From Paraspadella gotoi (Eukaryota; Animalia; Chaetognatha), in NCBI GenBank assembly GCA_051294375.1, contig CM119266.1, forward strand, positions 22,201,885 to 22,265,874: a stretch of DNA of 63,990 bases, in the 5' to 3' direction. The notes beneath the pieces were generated by a model. The model searched no databases. It saw only the letters and a list, made by a program, of their open reading frames with translations, and was not told the origin of the DNA. Shown here one piece after another: positions 24,552-48,700 of the stretch. Position numbers and translations under genes: made by a program. Within the stretch, counting starts at the first letter, position 1; each line of letters starts with the position of its first letter.

Positions 24552-26089
24552 TTCTGCTTTCTCGAGGCGCACCTAATACCGCTCGAAAAAAATTCTATTA
24601 ATTCTAATATTTCATCTCAGCTCCACTGCGACGCGACGTGATAAGCTTGCAAAATTTTCAATTTTATTTTTCCCCAACGAAATAATATTTGACGGTGGAT
24701 ACGCCTGGCGACGCCTGGCGACGGGTGGAGGTGCCGGAGTTTGCGTCGTGAACTGGCACCGTCCTTGTGAGAACGTGATCCGGGTGAATAAGTATCGTGA
24801 GGGAGTTTCACTTTTCGCGAGTCGCTGGGCCGACTGTCGATTTATGATCCTTGAACGGAAATGGCGATAAAAATGGCGGAGAAAACATTGTTTATGAAAA
24901 GGGAATTCGGGTAGAGAGAGAGTTATCGTTTCCTCAGAGTAAGACGCGGCTGCAGCAACGTCGCCTTATTACCGCAGCAACTGCAGCAACGTCGCTATCT
25001 CAGGGTGCTGCCGCTCGATGGCTTCATCGGATCAGCTCTGTTATCTATTTGAAAGAGCGGAAGCCTCAAATGAAAAACAAATCCGAAGATGAAAAACTCG
25101 ATCTTGGATTCATCGAGATCAACAAACGCAGCAGCAAACAGCAGCAAGCCGCAGCAGGATCGACAGCAAAGCGTCCATCAGTTCCCAATGAAAAGCAAAG
25201 CAAGATCACTGCGAACATGACGCTGCAACGACTCCCCAGAATAGAAAGGGTCTGACGAGAGACTAAGAACAACACACAACAAAATTTCCCTTCTCGATAT
25301 AAAAAAAGATCCTGCCGTTTGTTTTCATTCAATATACGGACTCAAAGGACGGACGGACGGACCGGCGTCGATTGGAAAACAGACTCGTGATTAAAAACAT
25401 CAACGAGAAAGGCGGGCAAAGACTCCGGAGCGAGGACATTGCCCGAGGGAGCGGGCGAAAAAGATTCGGGCGATTGTCAGCCTTTTTTTTTTGGAGGAGA
25501 CCTTTCAAAGTTCACCGCTCGCGAGAATCGTGAATCTCTCCAGATGAAGATGCCAACTTTTTTTTATATTAATGGGGACGTTGAGGGGGGGGGGACGATC
25601 TAATTTTATTTTATTTCATTTTATTAGCTTTATTGTCATCGTCCCATTACATCGAGAAGATTGATTAGAGAAATAGAAAGTTGAAATAAAAAAAAAATCT
25701 CTAAAAGAGGCGTTTGTATTACATCTGGGCTTCGAAAACTGTGATTATAGATCATGAAAACTTTGATGTATATAGTCCCTAAACTTGATGTTTAGTTCCT
25801 AAACGCGCCCCGCTGTCTTATCCTGGGATGTCGTTAATCTCGTCCACCGTCACCTTCGTTGATAACACGTCCCCGGCTCGACTTTTTTTTTTTCTTTTTC
25901 GTTTTTCTAGTTCCACTATATTAGTATCACAGACAATAATGTCTCGCCTAGTTGCGCGTCTTAAAAGTGAGAATAGATGAGCAAAGAAAATCGATTTTAT
26001 CTCGAACTGAAATCGTTTTACTTCTAAAAATTTATTATTAATCTTCTAAAAAATAAAAACTAGAATCTTTGAAAGTGAAGAAAGGCGAC

Positions 26090-26171
26090 ATGGATCCTTT
26101 TCACACGATTTTGGCACCAGCGCCCCTGGTGGACACCATCGTCAAAGTATATAGTTCGTTCGTTCGTTCGC

Positions 26172-26267
<96 letters not shown>

Positions 26268-27218
26268 GCTTTTCATTCCAAATCCTACCCTACGGTCTAG
26301 GCGTTCGGAGTGGCGCTGAAACTGGCGCCGACGATCTCGACCGTCAACTATTTCGTGGCGATGGTGTGGTGGGTGTCGACGCGGGGTTACGTCCAGTGGG
26401 TGATGGACTCACGGTGCATGACGTGGTTGGGTGAGGAATCGCGAAATTGTCACAAATTATTGCTCGTTCACTGAAGTGAATAACTCGTTATATCCTTCAT
26501 ATTCCGCCAGCGACATCCGCGTCATTCCCCATTATGTTTTGGCGGCAAATCACGTGCTGCTTCATCATCAGCTTCGGCTACGTCGTCTGGTTCCAGGCGC
26601 TGCTGATTTTCAAGCACACCCAGCTCTGTCTCTCCGCCGCGCTGCCCTGCGGACCCTGCCCCGTCGGCGTTCAGTTCATTCTGCTGCCGTTGGAGGCGTT
26701 CGGGATTTCCTCGGCGATGCTGTAATTGGATGTTGTGGTGATGTGACGCTGTGATGTTGGTGTAACTGAGGTGACTTACCGAGGCTGCTGCGCCTTTGAA
26801 GCAGACGTTTCTGTCCAATGGTTGCGAATAATTTCGTTATTTTAAATGCTCTCAGTAAGACGCTAAGAATTTCAAATTTCAATGCCGATTTCTACGCTTT
26901 CCTTTCCCGGGGCAAAGCTACTACGTCGTGAACCGTTTCTACTACGACATGCTGGACGTGGCGCGCCGCGAAGTGCAGCGCCACCAGATGCAGATCGGCG
27001 CCATCGGCGTCGGCGGTCTTGGTGGACTCGGAGGCTTCGTCTGTCCCAACCGCGTCCTCGTCGGCGCCGGCGGCGACTTCGCGCTGATAGAAGCCGCCGA
27101 GAGATTCGACGATCCGCTGGGCGGCGCTTTTTGCGTCGCCGACGCCCAGAGGAGGATGAGGATGGCTGCGGCTGCGGCGGCGACGGTAGCGGCTAAGTCG
27201 GATAGAGACAAGGAATAG
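26090..27218 (+). CDS. Orphan multi-pass membrane protein, 232 aa, 4 exons (26090-26146, 26301-26430, 26511-26721, 26918-27218)
   Basis: GT-AG introns with consistent phases (0,1,2) give an open frame MDPFHTILAPAPLVDTIVKAFGVALKLAPTISTVNYFVAMVWWVSTRGY...CCFIISFGYVVWFQALLIF...VQFILLPLEAFGISSAMLYYVVNRFYY...SDRDKE*. GC3-rich codons; about 3-4 hydrophobic segments. Confidence 0.8.
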
Positions 27219-28038
27219 GTGGCGCAAGAGCATAGCGTTGACCGAAAATGGAAAGAAGCAACGCCTTGCGGTGCACGCCAGCTTCTTCTTGAAGGTTATC
27301 AATGGTCCGTGCTACTAAACTCTTAACTTCTAGAATGATAAAAAATTAATTTAGTCAACGGAAGATCTATATACATTAGACATGGTTAAAACTTAATTAA
27401 CTAAAATCTCTTATCTGGGAGAAAGAGTATTGACGGGAAGATGTGAATAAGTCATAATAGACGAATTCTGAAAACATTTCCGTAAGAGTGACAAATGCTT
27501 TATAGCAAGAGTTCGCATTGATTTATTTCATTTTAATAAATCTTCCTTCTCTTGGTTATATATTATTTTATAAATCTCTATCTTTAATCCTTATATTTAT
27601 TATCTTTCTTTGTCTTTTTTCCTTCGCTCTTCCCATTCTCTCTCCCCTTCTCCCCGCCCAGTTGTTTTTCGTTGTTGTAACGAACAGGACTTCGTCAGGA
27701 GAAGTTTTTTATTCGAATCGACGATGATGAATCTCTCTCTCTCTCTCTCTCTCTCTCCTTAGTCCTTACAATAAAAAAGTAACATTTTGCGCAAGTAATT
27801 TTTTTTCACTTTACTCTGATTTATTAATTAATAAACAAAGTGTCATGTTAATTAACAGTTTTGTTTCGGACTTTAATGAATATGTTTGAAATAAAAACTC
27901 TTTCGCTCTCAACATTTCGTTTAACTTTAATTTCAATTAAGGAGCCAATGAAGTAGAATAAAAAATTCTGTCGAATTGAATTAAAGCGAAATTCTTTTTA
28001 AGAAAAGGGATGCGAGATAAGAGAGACGAAAGAGAGAC

Positions 28039-28072
<34 letters not shown>

Positions 28073-28440
28073 GAGAGTCCGGAGGTCGCACGAGGTTTCG
28101 CGTCAGAGAAACGAACCAATGTACAACTTCGAATGATGCTCTTTTCTCTAAATCTCGTTGAAGTTAACAATTGAACTTAAGAGCATTTTACGATGTTTTT
28201 TTCCGGTTAGTTTCACATTTCAAACATTTTATTATTCACTTTCGACGCTGGCAATCTGTCCGCACATCAGATTTAGCGTCATTGGGCTCACATCAGCCCA
28301 AATCTTGACAAGACCCGCCTGAGTTATGCCTCTTCTTTTTCTCTCTCTTTTTTTAAACCATTCACTATTCACCATTTTTTTTAACACCTCTCTTTTTTTT
28401 TCTGTCTGTCTGACTCTCTCTCTCTCGTACTACTTAATCT

Positions 28441-28508
<68 letters not shown>

Positions 28509-30220
28509 TCTCTCCTCTCTCTCTTTCTCTTTCGCACTTTTCAGCGATCTAAAATTTCGTGTAGAGGCTTGTTCTCTTTTGAAAAGATACACTCAGCGTC
28601 TAAAAGAGCGACGCTTGAGTAAAGGCAAAGTCAACCTCGAAAGAGAAGTTGGAAAATAAACGGAAAAAAAGTGGAAAAAAGATGAATGGGGGAAGAAATT
28701 GTCTCTATTTTTTCGGTAGAGTAACAAAGTTGCGTTTATTATTTTTTCAGGCTTTATTCAAGTTTTTGTTGTTGTTTTGTTTTGTTTTTGTATTGTTTCG
28801 TAAAGGACTCGTTTGGTTTCGCCTCCGACGAGAGCAAGGAAAGCCCTTAGATTATTTTATGACGACGTCATAGACAGGAGTCAGTTTAAGAATCCGGAAA
28901 AGACAGAAAGATCATCGACCGAGGATCCTCTTGTTGCTTCAGCAGCGCAGCTGTTCCCATTGATTCTTGGCCTAATCGTCATTTTTTATAGTTTCACAAT
29001 TCAAAGATAAAATAACTTCCTCCTTGACTAAGTTGTTTTTACTTAGTTACGAAGTTAAAATGTAAAATGTGATATTAGTAAAATTATAAAACCTCGAAAC
29101 GACTATGGAATAACTGTGGCTGAAGTAGATTTGCGGGGGGGGGGTGAGCGTCACTGCCTTGACGGTTACGTCGTCTCTTCCTGCGTTTGATGCATAAATG
29201 GATGTGAGCGACGACTTTCACCTCGCGACGTCGGAAATCTTTACGTCGTTGAAGTCGCGACGTCGACATTCGGGGCAGATGCCATCCTTGATGGAATGGA
29301 ATGGAAATAGATGGAATGAATATTATGGCTTTTTAATTTTACAGTAGAAAGTTGATGATGAGCTATCTAAATGTTTAATATTTAAAGTGTGAGTAATGTG
29401 TATGAAGAACAATTACAATAAAATCAAACAATATAAAGCGTACTTCTCTTTCTCTTCCCGCCTTTGATCCGTTTTGTTGACAAGAAAAATGGAAAGTGTG
29501 GAAATTTTAAAAAAGTTTTGTTTTAAAAAAAAAGATGGCGGTAAACAGATTTAGCTCCGCCACTCAAACAAATAGCTGCCGGTCACCCCTTTCGTTTTCG
29601 CCCAAAAAATAGAGAGTTAAAAAACAGAAACAAAGAAATAAAAAAAAAATTTGAAAAAGAAAAAAAACCTGCGGCGTCACACGAAGCGCCCTCCTGTGGA
29701 GAATCTCACCTTAAATTTCAAATACAAAACCTAAACAAAAAGAAAAGACTTTTTTTGTTTACGAATCTTATTTTCAAAAAGCGAACGGATTCGATTCGTT
29801 TGAATCGCAGTTTACTCTTCGATAGTAAAGATATAGCCGGAATATTACATTTCTTGTTAGTTCAACTCAATTGTATCGTAAAAAAAAAAGAAATGGATGC
29901 GTCTGCTAGAATAAGAGACGTTGACGTCAAGAATATCGATAACGAAGTTGACGTCAAAGAAGCCGATGAAATCTCGGCGAACTAACTGGAATCGATACGA
30001 GATGGCGCGTCACTGCTCTCATCGAAACGAGGGTAATTTATTATTTTTTTTTAAATGTTAGACATGTTAAACAACATAAAGAGGTAAAGAAGGCTCAACC
30101 TTTGTTAGATCCGGTCTCTCGACTACAACAACAACGACAAGAGAAAAACAGATACGGTTTTTATTATTCCGACCAACGGAGGAAAATCCTTGTTTGTTCA
30201 GCCTCTTATTTATTACGGTA

Positions 30221-30311
<91 letters not shown>

Positions 30312-30475
30312 AGGATAGCGGATTATCGTCGTCTTTATCGTCTCTATCATTACCGAGCCTTTTGTCGTCTTCATCATCATCGTCGTCGTCGTCATCCTCA
30401 TTTTTCCACCGTCAGCGTCGTCCCTAATCCCGAGTTGGACAATCGGTTCGGTCACACTCGAGGGCCATGCAATGA

Positions 30476-30550
30476 TCACGTGACGGAGTTGATTCGTTCA
30501 CGTGACGGGGATGCAGCAATCACGTGACAGGGATAGAACGATCACGTGAC
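30476..30550. promoter_or_regulatory. Array of four TCACGTGAC E-boxes (CLEAR/USF/MITF-TFE type) at 22-bp period
   Basis: TCACGTGAC at 30476, 30498, 30520 and 30542 with differing spacers. Followed by an ETS-like AGGAAGT and a gtgagt donor at ~30856; lies upstream of the DYRK2 exons. Confidence 0.7.
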
Positions 30551-31187
30551 TGCAAAAAAAAGAGGAAGTTTCTTCGATTCGTCGCCTCAACGAGAGATGG
30601 TTCTCGCGTGAGAGTGAGAAGTTGAGACGGACGATGCATTTTGGTTGGATGTCGTCGTCGTCGTCGTCGTCACCGTCGTCGTCGTCGTCAGCTTCGTGAG
30701 GAGTCGAGGTTTGACTTTTGTGGCGATCAACCATCTTCGACACAAAAGACCCGAGATGATGGATCCCGCTTAGTTGTCGTTTGTGTGATCGATGTCGTCT
30801 TCGTTATCGACTCGATCCCTTGTCCCTTTGTTTCTTGGGTCGGATGGTTGAATTGGTGAGTATTGAGTCAGATATTTTAGACGTCGGTTTTTCGCTGTTA
30901 TCATTTATGTTATCGGGATGAAATGGTTTATCACTAAAAATTGGCCTCTAATTAGCTCGAAGAGGATCTTTTTAATCTTTCGAGACGAATTTTGAACGTT
31001 CAATTAGACATTGTGTTGAGTTTTGTTTCTTGCTTTTGAAATCATTAAATTATTTACAAACCACGAGTTTATTTTTATTAGGTCGTGTTTCGACTCATGA
31101 TTTCGAGTTTTCATCAGCGTTTAATAAGTTTTAATCACTATAGTTCGAAATATCGGTCAAATAGGAATGTGTAGCGGTAGTATTTCA

Positions 31188-31394
31188 TGCCCTGCTACTC
31201 GTCTGAGAATCAGCAGCACCCATGGCGTCGGAGGTAGCACGAGCTCCTCCCAACCCAAAGGACACGGGTTCTCGCCCTGCTGATTCACACAAGTAAAAGC
31301 TGGACGGGCCGTCTAACCCACCTGTAGTGACGGACTACAGCCCGATCCGAAGTTCGGGACCTTGTGTGCAACGGACGGTAAACTGCTCGCGGCA
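31188..31394. other. Highly structured GC-rich element (SINE/retroelement UTR or ncRNA)
   Basis: Stems: gaatcagcag/ctgctgattc (31207-16/31277-86), ggagg/cctcc, and cacacaag/cttgtgtg enclosing ctgtagt/actacag and cccga/tcggg. Weak A-box/B-box-like motifs. Confidence 0.45.
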
Positions 31395-32257
31395 TCGTCT
31401 TCCACCAATCACAATTATCTGTTGTAGTTTCTAAACAGATAACTAACGATTTGTGATCTATCGTTTAAAGCGAAACAAAGTTTACTTTTTTTCTCCACGA
31501 AGATCGCAACTTTCTTTTTGACTCGAGTTTCGTTCCGATTCTATGTCTTTGTTGGTTTCTGTTGTTCATTTCTGTTCTCTTTATCGGCGAAGAGTTCAGA
31601 ACTGACAATTGTTGTTTACTTCGCTGTCCTTTTTGTTGGCTGTTGCTCGCGGCGTTGTCTTCCACACTGTCGTCTTCTCTCCCCCTCCCCCCCTTTTTTT
31701 TTCTTCAGCTTGAGTTTGCCTTTGCTTTCGTGGTTCCTTCTTTTCCGTCCCCTGCACTGAATGTCTAGTTAAGTTTATTAAAAATCGATAAGTTATTTTC
31801 AGATATTTATTTTAAAATAAATCTGTTTTTTTTTCTCCGACTAGTTTTCACTATTTTCCGCATTTTGACATGTTTCCTTTGTCTCATTTAGATTATCGTT
31901 TCTTTTCGGAAGGACGACAGTCGAATGACCTTTTCTTAACTTTTTCTTAGTTTGCACATGATATATTATATATATATATATATATGTGTATAGTATATTT
32001 AATCATCTAAGGATATTTAAGTAAGCCATTTTGATTTTGTATTTCAATTTTCTATTGTCTTTTAAAATTAAAACGGCCAATTGGTAGTTTTCTACGTTTT
32101 TAGTGAAAAAAAATGTATCTGTAAAGCTTAACAAATTTCGTTTTTTAGTCAAACTGCAGCCTTTTCTATCTCTTTCTTTCTCATTTCCCTCGTTGCCTGA
32201 CCTCGTTTGTGACCTGGCTCAGTTCTTAACCCAAGTTTTGTCCTTGCCGTGAGAGAG

Positions 32258-32313
<56 letters not shown>

Positions 32314-33318
32314 TTAATCTTAGCAACACTGGTAAGTCGCTAATCATAATCCGTCCAGAGAAAGTTTGATTTCTTCTAACCGAAATACAAAAAAAAAAAG
32401 AATTCTTCCGTCGCTTCTCTCCCGCGTAAATTTAAATTACTTCTAAGATCATTTTTGAGTTTCCCCTTTTGCCGCCGAAATCTCTCTCGCCTTCAAAAAC
32501 TTAAAAAATTAAACATCCACGAAAAAATATAAACATTGAACTAAATAAAATATAAATTAAAACGGAAAAAGATTAAAAAAAAAAAAAAAAACTGATTAAC
32601 TCGATCGAAAACATTTTTTTCCCTCGGATTCAATTTTTTTACCAGAAATGAAACGAAATGCGGAGCCAAAGCGACCACGTCGAGGTAAAAAAAAAAAAAA
32701 AATGGGCCAGACGGGGAGATCATTTATATTTTTTATATTTGAAGCGGATAAAATTTGCGAAGGTCCGAACACAAAACAATAGTTTCAATTCAACGTAATT
32801 CAAATGTCGTCATTTCCGTCTCTTCTCCGTCTCCCTCTCTGTCCGTTTTCTTTATGAAATTGGTACAACGAATATATAATTATCTATCACTCTTAGCAAT
32901 GACACTTCACTTCCTTGCTTCCCTTCTCCTGTCCCTTCTCTCCTGCTTTTTCCCTTCTGCTTTAATCCCTTCTCCTCTTTTCCTCTCTTCCTCCCTCTCT
33001 TTCCCGCCTCTCCGCCGACCTCTTCCCCCCCTCTCTCTCTCCCTCCCTCTCGCCTGCGCTTGCAGACGCCTTTCGATTAGCTTTTCGGAATAGAGTTTCG
33101 CCCCTCGCCCCGGAGGGTCGGCCTCGCGCCTTTTCTAACTGAAAAAAAACAAAAAAAAACAAAAAAAACGAAGTTTATAAATTACGAAAGTTGTAGTACA
33201 CATTCATCAGTTAACAAAAAAGCAAAGATTAATTAGAGAACCCGATTGATTTAAGACTAATAAAAATATATAATTGTTTATATACAATTTTTAATTATAT
33301 TGTACATCCTTATTTCAG

Positions 33319-44858
<11,540 letters not shown>

Positions 44859-45742
44859 GGGCGCTGGGGGGCAGTCGTTCCAACAAAGCCGAGAAAAAAA
44901 AGAACAGTCGACGATCGGAATCTTCCGAATTGGATTCTTATCAGGAGCGGAATAGCGTATAAAGCGAGGGATGGACGAAGAGTTATGACTAATATTGTTT
45001 TCGGCGAGCGAAACACTGCTATTTAAACATCGAAGACGCGCAAATGTCGTCCCAAGGCTACATTAGATACAACAGATTCGTTATTGTAGTATATACTTAA
45101 GACAATTTTTTTTTTATCTAGAATGCGTAGCAGTTTTTGATTAAAAGCAATACAATCTCATAAGTAATAACCAGAATACAAAGAAGATGAATAAACATAG
45201 AGAATCAATCGTTGTTATTAGTTAAAATAAAATCTTTTTCATACATCTATTTTTTTTAATACCGTTCGTTCATCTCTCTGATGCATGGTCATCTTTTTTC
45301 CAACAAGTTATTGTGATCGTAGCTGTGAACCCTCTAGTTGTAGGTGATGGAGATCCACGTGGCGTTGAAATTTATCATAAAAATGATTTTCGACATTGCT
45401 AATAATTAGACCAATGACCTTTGAATTTTCTTCCTTTTTAACTAATTTGCAAATTTTTTTAGTCAAGCGATTTCGTGATGTCAAGGAGATAGTTCTTTTT
45501 TATGTTGCTATAAATGCAATTTGTTTATTAGTATTTTATAAAATAAGCACATTTTCATTTCTAGATCTTATCTTTCGGACACCATTTTGTCAAAAAAAAA
45601 AGTCGAACTTTGACCTTAAAGATCATAAGAGAATTAGTATTCGGTCGCGTGTTTGTGCGCGTTTCGATTCGCCTCTGAAAAAAGGCTTTTTTTTATCAAT
45701 TAGATTAGCACGATCGTTCTGGGTCCACACTTGACGGTGAAA

Positions 45743-48700
45743 TCAGTTAACCATGAGATCTTTGTAGGACGAAAGCAGCTTCGTTATGCTCGTCGAGTAA
45801 GTGTTGGTCGTTCTTACGATCTTCACTCGCTCTGTAAGAGAGACGCAAGTCAATCATTAATCAACGGTGTGTTTGAAAACCAAGAGACCTTGTTATAATT
45901 TCACTTGTTTACCTGCTCTTTCGAAATTTGATTTAACCATTTCATAATAGGGCCCGTCGGGAAGCACCAGCGATTTAAGATGAATCAATTTCAGCCTTGA
46001 GACAAACATCGAACGAAAAATCATAGTCGCAGCTAATACTCATGTGAAAAAAAACGCGCCAATTTATAACTTTATAACTTAAATTTCAGATTTTTTATAA
46101 GATTATTTTTAAAAATTATATTAGAAAAATAATGTTTTTTTAAAAAATGAATTAATGTGTAGAATTTTTATAAAAATTGGTTGAGTGGTTTGAGAGATAT
46201 GATTTTTTAAATTTGAATGTTAAAAAAAAAAAGGACTTAAATTACATTTTATAATAATTGATCAAATGGTTTAGGAGACATTTTTTTAAAGTTTAGTGTT
46301 CAAACATCAAACGTAAAAATTATTTTTTTAACAACAGTTTCAGAATTATTGATTTATTTTTTATATATTATTATATTATTCAAGTTTTAAAATTATTAAT
46401 GTATTATTTTTTTATTTTGTAATAATTTTAAAATTATTATTTGGGGATCTGGATTAATCCAATTATCCTTCCAGATGTCTTTTATAATTTTTTTTACTTT
46501 AATATAAAATATTTGAAAAAAAATAATTTTAAATAATTTTTTTAAAAAATTTTGCTGAAGAATACTTTATTTTAAAAAATAAATTGCTCCTAAAAGGATA
46601 GCCCGATTTTGGTAAAATTTATGCTAGACTCTTTTTATTTTAATAAATATTATTATATTTTTAAAGTTTTTTCAAATAAAATAATATACAGGCTAATTTT
46701 TAAAGTCTGATATAAAGTGGCGCGTTTTTTTTTTGCACATGACTGTACTTAACAATGGGACATGTTTGTACACTGTACAGTGTACTTAGCAACGAAAATC
46801 CATGGTATCCACCTGATATGATCTATGGACTTGGAGCTTTTGTCGGAGAACCTCAGCGTGTCCGTGTCCCACTGAATCTCAAGGCGCTGGAGGCCGAGGC
46901 AGTGTTTGGAGAAGAGCTCCATTACTTGGTCGATTATGATGCGAGAGGAGAGATCGCGGAACCACCCGTTGGCGGTTCCGAGTACCAATATCCTGGCCGG
47001 GAAAGAGATCGCGACGGGGATTCATTCCGAAGCATTAGAGATTTACTTCGTTTCGTGCTTTTAGCTTATAAATTTACCAATTTTGCCACACGACAAAAGT
47101 GAAACACAAGTTTTAACTGTCTCGTAAACAATATTGAAAACTATAAACTCCCTGCGAAAATGTCCCATATGAATTACTTAGCATTTTCAAGAAAGGGGAT
47201 GTTGTTGGCCCAAAACTGCTCGCCCAGACTGAGGTGACCCGTGATGGCGAATCCGATGAGGTTGGCGCCAATGCGCTTGACCGTGGCGCCGATCGTGTCC
47301 GGGGTAAGGTAATCGCAGTTGGAAAGATCCAGCGCCGTCAACGATTCCATCTTGCCTGCGGAGGAGAATTTGTGGATAAGGCGCTGAAGCGTGCTATCCG
47401 CAACTTCTTTAACCCCCTCTAGCAGCCGGGTCCTGGACTTTGGACCAGGTTTGAGGGTTTTCCACGCCCCCAAGGCGGTTTACGGTCGTAGTCACGCTTC
47501 CCGGTACGTAATGGTCATGAGCTGATGGTATGAATGAGCCACCGGGTCACGACTGAAGGTTACATGCTTATAGGCGGGGTGAACATATTGCAATGCCCGA
47601 CTACAAATTGATGGTCTGTTATCGATTACCCGTGGTCTTTCAAAAATATCTACCAAATTGGAAAAAGCCAAAATTACCGGTCAGCCGAGCTAAATCATAA
47701 ATCATACTCAATAAGCGCATACCCCAACGCAGCAGTATATAAACGATCCTTCTCTCACCCGAATTAAGGTAGTTCTTGAGGACGGCGTCGTTGAAGTTCT
47801 CGCAGTGATCGACGGCGAGATACTTGAGCGGCGGCACCCGGGACAACACGTTCATCAGCGCCTCCGACGAGAGATGCGTAGAGGAGATGTCGAGGGCGGA
47901 GAGACGGGAGTTCTCCCACTCAACCGCCGTCATGTGCTGATCCTGGATTCCTGATAATGAATGAATGATCCTTAGAAAAGGAACGAATCAATCAATTAAT
48001 TAGAAAAGGACAGCTTAAAATTCATTTAAAAATAAGGAAGATATTATGACTTGAGAAGAAAAAAAAAGGCTCGGAACAAAGAGTGATGAAAAAGGACGAC
48101 ATGACAAATGAAAAACCGTCCATAATTTAAAGAGTGAGTAAAAAGTCGTAATGGAAACATGATATTGTCCTCACCCGTGTTTTGCAGTAGCAGCGTATGC
48201 AGCTTTTTACATCTCTTGAAGAGCAGTCCTAGAGTTTCCCCGGTGATACGCTCGCAGAAGTTAGCGGAAAGGGTCTCCAAATGAATGCAGCCGCTGCTCA
48301 GAGACTCGATGTGCGTATCGTCTGTGTCATACATTAAGAATTCTCATTTTATTACCCGTCTTCAGTTATATTTAATATTTTTAGTCGGATCTGCTTATCA
48401 GCAGATTCCGACTCTATAATTCACTTTGTCGGTCCCTCCCCAAAATCTTGTCGGTATATAATTTTTATCATATCAGAACATCGAATTATGATGAACTATG
48501 CAAAAGAAATGATGTCCGTCCGTCCGTCGGTCCGTCTGCTCTCTGAAGGTCAGTCCCACTCGTGATTGGATGGATGGATTAGAATGAAATTTTGTGTGTG
48601 GGTAGGAAAGTGTGTGATTGAGCTGGATATAAATTTTTGACGGAATCGTAGGAGTGAAAAAGAGTTTAAATAAAAAAGCCAAAAGACACATTTATTTGAA

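Noticed and set aside
24851-25255. 134-aa + strand ORF
   Set aside because: TTG start, low complexity, and no convincing splice context or motif.
31207-31290. Functional tRNA gene
   Set aside because: The B box is degenerate (GGTTCTCGCC) and no canonical cloverleaf forms.
47405-47450. RNase MRP-like AAAGUCC motif on the minus strand
   Set aside because: The downstream P4 partner and the required length are missing.
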